DNA of 64,000 nt from Candidatus Zhuqueibacter tengchongensis. Its GTDB lineage: Bacteria; Zhuqueibacterota; Zhuqueibacteria; Zhuqueibacterales; Zhuqueibacteraceae. Position 1 is the stretch's first letter, and each line of letters opens with the position of its first letter. Made by a program: the position numbers and the translations under genes. Positions 20,225 through 28,411 of this stretch are shown here, in pieces. Location of the stretch: assembly GCA_034506175.1 (NCBI GenBank), contig JAPDQB010000038.1, forward strand, positions 2,003 through 66,002, read 5' to 3'. The notes under the pieces were generated by a model that worked only from the letters and a program-made list of their open reading frames with translations, had not been told where the DNA came from and did no database searches.

Positions 20225-22969
20225 ATGAAAAACAAACTGAAAACGGCGATCTTAATCGTGGCGCTCTTGATGGCGCCCATGGTTTCCGCGCAAAACACCG
20301 GCCAGCTTTCCGGCAAGGTAACGGACGTCGCAAGCGGTGAAGCGCTGATCGGTGCCAACGTCATTATCGAGGGCACACAACTCGGCGCCACAGTTGACCT
20401 CGATGGCAACTATTGGGTTCGCGGCATTCCCGCCGGAACCTACAATGTCCGCTTTTCGCTCATAGGTTACGCTGTAAAAATCGTGAATAACATCGTCATC
20501 GAAGCCGGTAAAACCGCCAGGCTCGATGTGATTTTGCGAGAAGAAATCATTCAAGGCGAGGAAATCGTCGTTGAAGCCACGGCGATCATGAGTTCGGAAA
20601 AAGCGCTTTTGCAGCAGCAGCGCAAAGCTGCCACCATCGGCGATGCGGTTGCCGCTGAGCAAATCAAGCGTGCGCCGGACGCCACCACTGGCGACGCCCT
20701 GCGCCGAGTGACTGGTGTCTCGATTGTTGACAACAAATTCGTTTACGTGCGCGGCACCAGCGAACGCTACAGCAATACGCTGTTGAACGGCGCGCAGCTC
20801 TCCAGCACCGAACCGGACAAAAAAGCTTATGCCTTCGATACACTGCCGTCGAATCTGGTGGAGAACACGATCATCTCCAAATCGTTTACGCCCGATCTGC
20901 CCGGAAATTTTTCCGGTGGGTTGGTGCAAATCAACACCATCGAGTTTCCGGAGAAGCTGACGATTCGCCTGAGCGCGGCGGGTTCTTACAACACGGCCTC
21001 GACGGGCGGGAATTTCCGAACCTATGAAGGCAGTAAGTGGGATTTTTTGGGCATTGATGACGGTACGCGCAAGCTGCCCAGCGCGGTCAACGGCAGCAAA
21101 ATCATTTCTTCCAACTACTCTCCAAGCGAGCTGCAAGCCATCGGACGCTCATTTCCAAACATCTGGCGCGTTGCCAACCAGACGGCTGCGCCGAACAGCA
21201 GTTACATGCTTTCGCTCGGCAGCAACACCTCGTTATTCGGCCGGAGGTTGGGTTACATCGGCGCGTTGTCCTATCGCAACAGCTTCGACCGCATTGAAAT
21301 CGTTCGCAATGATTACAACTTTGACGGCACGCCGCAATTTGAATATGAAGGCGATGAATACCGGTTTTCGGTGTTGTGGGGAGGTTTGCTGAATCTGAGT
21401 TATAAGCTCGGCGATTTTCATAAAATCAGCTTCAAGAATCTTTACAATCGCGCTGCCGAAGATGAAGTGATCGAGCTGCGCGGCAATTATTATGATGCAG
21501 GCAACGAGCAGAAAAATACCGGCTTGAGGTTTGTTTCCCGCTCTTCTTACTCCGGCCAGCTCATGAGCGAGCATGCCTTTCCAAAGTTGGCGGGGTTGCA
21601 GTGGAATTGGCGTGCAGCGTATTCGGCTGCGGAGCGCGATGAACCCGACTACCGCCGCGTCATCTATTCACGCGGCATCGATTCGCCGGATCCATTTAGA
21701 GCCAGTCTTTCTTTCGTGCCGAACCCGGCCAGCGGCGGCCGTTTTTTCGCCACGATGAACGATCACAATTGGGATTTCGCCTCCGACTTCACCCTCCAGC
21801 TTTCGCGCGCGAAATTGAAATTCGGCGGCCTGTTCAACACCGGCATGCGCGATTTTTCCGCGCGCATTTTCGCTTACAAAACCACCAGCCAGACCGATTA
21901 TCGTCTTTTGTATTCAGATCTCGACATGTTGTTTGCCCCGCAACACATCGGCGCGCGCGGCTTTGAGATCGATGAAATTACCAACGGAGCGGACAAATAT
22001 GACGCAAGTCAACAACTTGCTGCCGGCTATTTTATGATCGATCTGCCCTTCCAGGTTTGGAACAAAAATCTGCGCCTGATTGCCGGCACCCGCGTTGAAA
22101 ATAATGCGCAGAAGCTGAGCTCTTTCGACCAGCAGGACCGGCCGGTGAACGTCAATCTGAAGAAAACGGATCTGCTGCCCTCATTCAATTTGACTTACAG
22201 TCTCACCGCCACGACCAATATTCGCGCCGCATTCAGCCGAACCGTCTCCCGGCCTGAGTTCAGAGAGCTGGCACCTTTTGCCTTCTTTGATTTCTCGACC
22301 GTGAGCGTGATTTACGGCAATCCTAGCTTGCGGCGGGCGTTGATCCGTAATTATGATGTCCGTTTTGAGATGTTTCCGGATATCGGCGAGATTTTGTCGG
22401 CGAGCATTTTCTACAAAGATTTCACCGACGCGATTGAGGAAGTGATTGTGCCGACCACGGAACTGACCCGCAGCTACGGCAACGCCGACAAGGCGCGGAA
22501 CTACGGTTTCGAGTTGGAGATGCGAAAATCGCTGCGCTTCCTGGGCAACACGTTCTCCAACTTTTCGCTGACGGCAAATTATGCCTTGATCCAATCCAAA
22601 GTCGATCTGCAAGGCTCGAGTCAGGCAATCGCCAAAGAGGGCCGCCGTCTGCAAGGTCAATCGCCTTATATGATCAATCTCGGCTTGTTGTACACCAGCT
22701 TGCAAAGCAGAACCTCAGTGAGCCTGCTCTACAACCGTTTTGGCAAGCGCATCGCGCAAGTCGGCTCGCTGTACGACGATGACATCATCGAGATGCCGCG
22801 CGATTTGCTGGACTTCACCTTGTTGCAAAATTTGGGCGATCATTACGAGCTTAAGATCAGTGCCAGAGATATTCTGCGCCAGGAGCAAGAGTTCATTCAA
22901 GCACAAAGGAAAGTTAAAGGCAATCAGAGGGGATCAACTTATTCACTCGGATTCTCGGTCAAGTATTAG
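20225..22969 (+). CDS. TonB-dependent receptor with CarboxypepD_reg-like N-terminal domain
   Basis: 914 aa: signal peptide, [53 protein letters not shown], a plug region ([17 protein letters not shown]) and a long beta-barrel ending in an aromatic residue (GFSVKY). Confidence 0.9.
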   Translation: MKNKLKTAILIVALLMAPMVSAQNTGQLSGKVTDVASGEALIGANVIIEGTQLGATVDLDGNYWVRGIPAGTYNVRFSLIGYAVKIVNNIVIEAGKTARLDVILREEIIQGEEIVVEATAIMSSEKALLQQQRKAATIGDAVAAEQIKRAPDATTGDALRRVTGVSIVDNKFVYVRGTSERYSNTLLNGAQLSSTEPDKKAYAFDTLPSNLVENTIISKSFTPDLPGNFSGGLVQINTIEFPEKLTIRLSAAGSYNTASTGGNFRTYEGSKWDFLGIDDGTRKLPSAVNGSKIISSNYSPSELQAIGRSFPNIWRVANQTAAPNSSYMLSLGSNTSLFGRRLGYIGALSYRNSFDRIEIVRNDYNFDGTPQFEYEGDEYRFSVLWGGLLNLSYKLGDFHKISFKNLYNRAAEDEVIELRGNYYDAGNEQKNTGLRFVSRSSYSGQLMSEHAFPKLAGLQWNWRAAYSAAERDEPDYRRVIYSRGIDSPDPFRASLSFVPNPASGGRFFATMNDHNWDFASDFTLQLSRAKLKFGGLFNTGMRDFSARIFAYKTTSQTDYRLLYSDLDMLFAPQHIGARGFEIDEITNGADKYDASQQLAAGYFMIDLPFQVWNKNLRLIAGTRVENNAQKLSSFDQQDRPVNVNLKKTDLLPSFNLTYSLTATTNIRAAFSRTVSRPEFRELAPFAFFDFSTVSVIYGNPSLRRALIRNYDVRFEMFPDIGEILSASIFYKDFTDAIEEVIVPTTELTRSYGNADKARNYGFELEMRKSLRFLGNTFSNFSLTANYALIQSKVDLQGSSQAIAKEGRRLQGQSPYMINLGLLYTSLQSRTSVSLLYNRFGKRIAQVGSLYDDDIIEMPRDLLDFTLLQNLGDHYELKISARDILRQEQEFIQAQRKVKGNQRGSTYSLGFSVKY

Positions 22970-22979
22970 CCTCTCGTGT

Positions 22980-23450
22980 ATGTCTGTTAAAAAAATCAAA
23001 ATGAACGTGCGAAAAAATATCGCCCTTATTGCGCACGATAACCGCAAGAGGGATCTACTGGAGTGGACCGCCTTCAACAAAGAGCTGTTGCGAAACCATA
23101 ATCTTTTTGCCACGGGAACGACGGGCCAGATTATCAGCAAAGAAACCGGCCTGAATATTTCCCGTTTTCAGAGCGGCCCCTTGGGAGGTGATCAGCAAGT
23201 GGGCGCCAAAATCACCGAAGGCAAATTGGATTTCCTGATTTTCTTTTGGGATCCGTTATTGCCGCAGCCCCACGATCCCGACGTGAAAGCCCTGCTTCGC
23301 ATCGCCGTCGTGTGGAACATTCCGGTGGCCTGCAATCGCGCCTCGGCGGATTTTATGATTTCCTCCCATTTGATGAATGAAGAATATGAGCGTCTGCTGA
23401 TTGATTATGAGAGCCGCCAGAGGGAATTTTTGCGGGAATATGAGAGTTGA
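22980..23450 (+). CDS. mgsA: Methylglyoxal synthase
   Basis: [16 protein letters not shown] ... LFATGTTG ... [11 protein letters not shown] ... [18 protein letters not shown], which are canonical MgsA motifs. An alternative start lies at 23001. Confidence 0.9.
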   Translation: MSVKKIKMNVRKNIALIAHDNRKRDLLEWTAFNKELLRNHNLFATGTTGQIISKETGLNISRFQSGPLGGDQQVGAKITEGKLDFLIFFWDPLLPQPHDPDVKALLRIAVVWNIPVACNRASADFMISSHLMNEEYERLLIDYESRQREFLREYES

Positions 23451-23831
23451 TCGAAGGTGACAGATTGAAGGCCGGCTTCGAGTCGTGCAAACGCCTCGTA
23501 AGAATCAATTGGTGATTTACAAGTACCAACAGCAACAACTTTTTATGCTCCGAATTACTTTAAGATCACCAAACACCAACGGCAAGCGATTCGTGACGCC
23601 TTGCTTTTGAGAAAAAGCCAACTCGAATCGTTTGGCTAAAACTGTGCCGAAAATTATTGGCTCCAAAATAAATTTTTTCTTTGTTTTGCCATGCCTCGCA
23701 AATTATCGTGCTCCTGATCATTTCCCTTTGAATATGCCGCTGAATGAATTATATTGAGTCGTGATCAGCGCAAATCCCAAGGCACGCAATGCCGAAGCCT
23801 TGCACTCCGATGGTCATCAGAATACAATAAT

Positions 23832-24068
23832 ATGCGCATCGCCGTAGCCATCACCGGCTCCTCCGGCGCGGTTTATGCCGTTGAGTTTTTGAAACAATGT
23901 CCGGGCGACAAATACCTCATCATGCCCATCCCGCCGCCGCTGTATTTTTTGCCGAAAACGGTTGACGAGTACTCGCGCGCGTTTGCTGATAAAGTTCCCG
24001 GCGTCATTGGCGCGCGGCAGAGCAAAGGCTGGCGGGCGGAGAGTTGGAATGAGGGTATCCCCCGGTGA
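23832..24068 (+). pseudogene. ubiX: UbiX-type flavin prenyltransferase remnant (in-frame internal deletion)
   Basis: The N-terminal ~30 aa (MRIAVAITGSSGAVYAVEFLKQ) are joined directly to the UbiX C-terminal segment (IMPIPPPLYFLPKTVDEY). About 120 central residues are missing. The 3' end runs into repeat copy C1. Confidence 0.5.
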
Positions 24069-24112
24069 ACCGCATCTTTTCTTTTGGGGGTGAATTTCGT
24101 ATTTTTCCTCAA
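24055..24112 (+). repeat. C-type repeat segment, copy C1
   Basis: GTATCCCCCGGTGAACCGCATCTTTTCTTTTGGGGGTGAATTTCGTATTTTTCCTC aligns with 44014-44075 and, in its first ~30 nt, with 28371-28401. Confidence 0.6.
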
Positions 24113-24117
24113 ACGAA

Positions 24118-24608
24118 AAATTAAAAGCGGAGCTGGCGTATTCAAAAGCCGAACTGGCGAACCTGAAACGTTTGCTTTTCGGCCACAAGTGCGAACGCTT
24201 CATTCCGGCCAGCGACGCCTCGCAGTTGGAAATCGCGTTGGCAGACGCCAGACGCGAAAGCACGCCAGTGGTCGAAACCCAAACCATCACCCATGTATCG
24301 CCAGCGCCAGCAATTTCGCCGTCACGAGGTCGAGCTGGCCGAGTCCACCATGTTGTGATTGGGTCAAGGCCAGTTGCGCCTTGCTGAACCCGTTGTATGA
24401 AGTGCGGCGCAGTGAACTCTTGCGCGCGTCTTATCTGATGGCCGATGAAACGCCGATTCGGGTGTTGGACTCAGAGCAGCCGGGCAAGCGCCACGGCGTG
24501 GAACCGTTTGCCCATCTCAAAGACGTGCTCAGCCGCATCGCCGACTATCCGCACCGGCGCGTCGCCGAGTTTTTTTCACAGAGCTGGAAATCTGCCACTT
24601 CAATCTAG
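24118..24608 (+). mobile_element. IS66-family transposase remnant (several frames, internal deletions; non-functional)
   Basis: Fragments match conserved IS66 TnpC blocks: LANLKRLLFGHKCERF (N-terminal), LMADETPIRVL (central) and VEPFAHLKDVLSRIADYPHRRVAEF (C-terminal). They are compressed into under 500 nt across two frames. I found no inverted repeats. Confidence 0.55.
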
Positions 24609-24680
24609 CAACTCGTCCGCTCGTCGGCAAGAATGGGGTTCACCGGACGGATACGATAAAAAGCACCATGGACAACGGTA

Positions 24681-25673
24681 ATGAAGAAAAAATACATTAT
24701 CAGACAAGCCGTTGCCGACACTAATTATTATATGAACGACTCGGACGATTCAATTCTCGGCCTCGACATCGGCGGCACAAAAACCGCCGTTGTTTTGGGT
24801 TCGCAATCTGGCGAAGTCAGATGGCGAAAACAATTTTCGACCCGCCCCGAACGGGGCTTTGCGATTGTCTTTGGCGAGCTTGTCAACACCGTCGAAGAAG
24901 CGCTCGAGGCGACGAAAGGGAATGTGATGGCCATCAGCATTGCCATCGGCGGGCCGTTGGATGTGCTCAGGGGCATAATCAAATCGCCGCCCAATTTGCC
25001 GGGTTGGGTAAATGTGCCGTTGAAGGAACTGCTGACGGAGCGCTTTGCCTTGCCGGTTTATGTGGAGCATGATGGCAATGCCGGGGCGTTGGCGGAATTT
25101 TATTTTGGCGCAGGAAAAGGTTGTCAAAATATCATTTTCATCACGATGGGCACGGGCTTCGGCGCGGGGCTGATTCTCAACGGCCAACTCTATCGTGGCA
25201 CCAGTGATGCTGCCGGGGAAATCGGTCACATTCGCATTGCCGAAGACGGCCCATGGTGTTACGGCAAAGCCGGCTCGCTGGAGGGATTCGGCAGCGGCCC
25301 GGGAATCGCCAAGCTGGCGCAGATAATGTATCCAGAAATTTGGAACGCCTCCGCCACGGTGATTGAAGTTCACAACGCTTATCAGCATGGCTCAAAAGAA
25401 GCGCGAGTGGTTTTGGAGCGCGCCGGGTTTTATCTCGGGCGCGGTTTGGCGATCATCGCCGATACGCTGAATCCCGAACGCATCATCCTGGGGGGAATCG
25501 GCATGCGTCTTGGAGAGGCGTTGCTGACTCCGGCTCGGCGCGTCTTCGAAAGCGAAGCGTTGCCACAAACGGCGGAAGTTTGTGAAATCGTCCCGGCGCA
25601 GCTTGGCGAAGCCATTGGCGATGTTGCCGCGTTATGCGCTGCTTATGATCAAGGCAAATTGCTCAAGGTGTAA
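24681..25673 (+). CDS. ROK-family sugar kinase
   Basis: LGLDIGGTKTAVVLG ATP-binding motif, the ROK core (VEHDGNAGALAEFYFGAGKG ... GTGFGAGLILNGQLYRG ... AGEIGH). An alternative start lies at 24732. Confidence 0.85.
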   Translation: MKKKYIIRQAVADTNYYMNDSDDSILGLDIGGTKTAVVLGSQSGEVRWRKQFSTRPERGFAIVFGELVNTVEEALEATKGNVMAISIAIGGPLDVLRGIIKSPPNLPGWVNVPLKELLTERFALPVYVEHDGNAGALAEFYFGAGKGCQNIIFITMGTGFGAGLILNGQLYRGTSDAAGEIGHIRIAEDGPWCYGKAGSLEGFGSGPGIAKLAQIMYPEIWNASATVIEVHNAYQHGSKEARVVLERAGFYLGRGLAIIADTLNPERIILGGIGMRLGEALLTPARRVFESEALPQTAEVCEIVPAQLGEAIGDVAALCAAYDQGKLLKV

Positions 25674-25705
25674 ATTGAATCTCGAACAAAAAGTATGGGG
25701 CAAAT

Positions 25706-28030
25706 ATGCCGACCGTTCGCGAGTTCTTTTCCCAAATCAAAACCATCTGTTATACTTCGACGCATTTTCAAGTCGAACATACCGTCGCCAGCGAGTTACA
25801 GGCAACACTCGCTCCACAAGCGGAAGTGCGGCTTGCTCCGCAATTGGAAGCGCCGACGGGAACGGCGCGAATTGCCGTTGTCGATGACGCCGCGAAATGG
25901 AGATCAATTCACCCCGCGTTTGATCAGGGGCGCGATTGGATGATGTTACGCGTCCCGCCGGACCGCGGTATCGAGCTGTTCGTTTCGCGGCCACATTTGC
26001 TGTATGGATTTTTTTGTTGGATTCGAGACGAATGGCTCAGCCGTGACGTTGCCGAATTTGCCGACGGCAAGGCTCGCCATCCCACTTTTTCCAAAATGCG
26101 CCCGCTGTACGATTTGTTTCTCACGCAACACGCCAGAACCGTGCGGAATTTTAATCGCGAAGAGTATTTCAAAACCCTGGCGCGATATGGCTTTTCCCAC
26201 GCCGAAGTGAACGCCCTCGCCTTTGCGGTGCCAATCGAAACCGGCCCTCAGGGCGAAGTCTATCCGCGTTTTTACACGTACTGTCCGGCGTTGGATCAGT
26301 TTGTCGCAAGCCGTTTGAACAAGGGCATTTACCCCGATGATTATCTGCAGGCCAATCTCAACAATTTGAAAACCAATGTCGAGTTGGCCGAGCGTTACGG
26401 CCTGGCCTCCGGACTCGTCTGCTTCGAACCGCGCTCGGTGCCGGAGCAGCTCCTTCAACGTTATCCGATGCTGCGGGGCGCCCGGGTCGATCATCCCCTT
26501 CGCAGTTTTCAGCCGCGTTACAATCTTTCCATCGCCCACCCGGTCGTGCGCGAGCATTATGCTGAGATGATGGAGAATCTCATCAAAGAGGTGCCGAGCC
26601 TCGACTACATTTCGATTTGGTCGAATGACAGCGGTGCCGGCTTCGAATACACTGCCTCGCTTTACGTTGGTAGAAACGGCGGGGGTTATGTGATTCGCGA
26701 GTGGCAAGGCGACAAGGAAATCGCTGAAGCGGCGGCGCACAACCTCGTGCGCTTTTTGCGCGTTTTGCGGGACGCCGGCCGCAAAGTCAATCCGAAATTT
26801 CGCACGCTCATTCGCCTGGAGCCGTTCACCGCAGAGCATGACTATATTTGGGAACAACTTGAAGATGGCATCGACGTCGAAGTCTCGTCGCTCCAGACCA
26901 AGGGCTGGGGATTATCCTACCAACATCCCAAATATGCTGAGGTGCCGGAAATTCACGGCATGAATGTTTACAGCCGCTTTGATTCCAATGAAAAACCGCT
27001 GCTGCAGGCGTTGCAGCAAAAAGGCTCACAAGCGGACGTCGTTTTCACGCCGGGTATTTTGTGGAATCACGAGCCGCTCATTGGCATTCCGTTTCCTTAT
27101 CTCGTTTACGAGAAACTGAATGACATGGCCGCGCAGGAAGTGAAGACAGTGTGCGCGTTGGGCGGCGCGACGCCGCCGGCTTTCGCGCCGTACAACATCA
27201 ATCAAGAGTTGGTGCGCGCTTTTCAAATGGATCGTCAGCTCGAGCTGGGCACTTTCCTGCAAAAACAGGCTGCGGCGTGGGTGGGTGAAAATTTGGCGGG
27301 CGATCTCGTCAAAGTTTGGCGCCACGTCGATGAAGCCTGGCGCTCCTTCCCCATTCCGATTTGGATTTACGCGGCGTGGAGCGTGTGGTATCGGCTCTTC
27401 GTGCGCCCGATCATTCCCAACATCGAGGCGATCTCGGAAGCAGATCGCGCTTATTACGAAAAATTTTTGCTCGCCACCTCGCACAATCGCTGCCGCGTCG
27501 ATTTTCGCTACGATGTCGGCTTCGATTTGTTGGAGCCTTCGCGCGCGGCGCTGGCGGTGCGGCGCATGAATGAAGATCTTTTCCCGGAAATCAATACGGC
27601 CATTGCTTTGATCGATGGCATGTTCGCGCTGGCAGGCAGTGACGCCGTCAGAGCCTGCTTGACTGACCAGTTTGATCGTTTGCGGGCCTTGCGCTGTTGG
27701 TTTCGAACCCAGCGCAACATCGCCGCCTGGGTCGCCGGCGTTCACGGTTTTCTCGAATCCAGCAATGAAAAATGCAAACGGGATTGCAAAACGCAACTTC
27801 GTCTGATGGTATTGGATGAGATCGAGAACACCAGGGAGTTGCTGCAATTGTGGGAAACCTCAATGACGAATTGGATGATCATTTCCGAGGTTGGCGAAAC
27901 GACGATGATCTATTACAAAAATTTCGGCGAGTTGCTCGAGCGCAAGATCGCGCTGATGACCGGGCACGAGAATGACGATCCGTATGTCGATCCGGATTTT
28001 CAATGGCGCGTGCCGGGGTTTATGGTATGA
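25706..28030 (+). CDS. Large cytoplasmic protein of unknown function (774 aa)
   Basis: A long ORF with coding-like composition and no signal peptide, starting 33 nt after the ROK kinase. I could not recognise a family signature by eye. Confidence 0.7.
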   Translation: MPTVREFFSQIKTICYTSTHFQVEHTVASELQATLAPQAEVRLAPQLEAPTGTARIAVVDDAAKWRSIHPAFDQGRDWMMLRVPPDRGIELFVSRPHLLYGFFCWIRDEWLSRDVAEFADGKARHPTFSKMRPLYDLFLTQHARTVRNFNREEYFKTLARYGFSHAEVNALAFAVPIETGPQGEVYPRFYTYCPALDQFVASRLNKGIYPDDYLQANLNNLKTNVELAERYGLASGLVCFEPRSVPEQLLQRYPMLRGARVDHPLRSFQPRYNLSIAHPVVREHYAEMMENLIKEVPSLDYISIWSNDSGAGFEYTASLYVGRNGGGYVIREWQGDKEIAEAAAHNLVRFLRVLRDAGRKVNPKFRTLIRLEPFTAEHDYIWEQLEDGIDVEVSSLQTKGWGLSYQHPKYAEVPEIHGMNVYSRFDSNEKPLLQALQQKGSQADVVFTPGILWNHEPLIGIPFPYLVYEKLNDMAAQEVKTVCALGGATPPAFAPYNINQELVRAFQMDRQLELGTFLQKQAAAWVGENLAGDLVKVWRHVDEAWRSFPIPIWIYAAWSVWYRLFVRPIIPNIEAISEADRAYYEKFLLATSHNRCRVDFRYDVGFDLLEPSRAALAVRRMNEDLFPEINTAIALIDGMFALAGSDAVRACLTDQFDRLRALRCWFRTQRNIAAWVAGVHGFLESSNEKCKRDCKTQLRLMVLDEIENTRELLQLWETSMTNWMIISEVGETTMIYYKNFGELLERKIALMTGHENDDPYVDPDFQWRVPGFMV

Positions 28031-28079
28031 CTCATATTCCTGCCAACTCACCTGTTAATTTATTGGGTCTCATTGCCGG

Positions 28080-28310
28080 TGTAATTGTCATGTACGTTTG
28101 CACAGCCATCACGATGAAAATGCAGCGCAGACATCTTATCTGCAGGCAGTCTGGAAGCCTGCGCTACGGCATTTTCGTGGTAATGGCCCATGCCGGGCGC
28201 GGCACCTGATAATGATGAAAATAAACGTTTGTCGTGTCGCCTTCAGGCGTTCAACTTTTGTCGGGAGCCCGACGCCTCAAGGCGCAACGACGAACTTATT
28301 TTCAGAGGAA
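28080..28310 (+). repeat. ~230-nt composite structured repeat, copy B1 (REPIN-like head plus conserved hairpin-rich tail)
   Basis: Aligns along its whole length with 60638-60868 (+) and with the reverse complement of 41417-41649. It contains GCAGCGCAGACATCTTATCTGCAGGCAGTCTGGAAGCCTGCGCTAC and the hairpins GTCGCCTTCAGGCG and GTCGGGAGCCCGAC. Confidence 0.85.
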
Positions 28311-28370
28311 TTCTCGCCAGTTCTGCCGGATTATTATTCCCCACCTTGTAATTCCCCAAGATGTATTCGT

Positions 28371-28401
28371 GTATCCCCTCGGTGAACCGCATCTTTTTTT
28401 T
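28371..28401 (+). repeat. C-type repeat segment, copy C2 (short)
   Basis: GTATCCCCTCGGTGAACCGCATCTTTTTTTT matches the first part of C1 (24055-) and C3 (44014-). Confidence 0.5.
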
Positions 28402-28411
28402 AGGGAATACT

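Noticed and set aside
28098-28385. Apparently conserved small protein (HHDENAAQTS.LQA.WKPA.RHF.GN.PCRARH.IMMKINVCRVAFRR.TFVGSPTP.GATTNLFSEE) encoded at 28098-28385, 41320-41709 and 60627-60941
   Set aside because: The conservation comes from the ~230-nt repeat element. All inter-copy differences I found are non-synonymous. The reading frames start and stop at different, non-homologous places in each copy. The sequence is dominated by nested palindromes. I treat it as non-coding repeat DNA/RNA.
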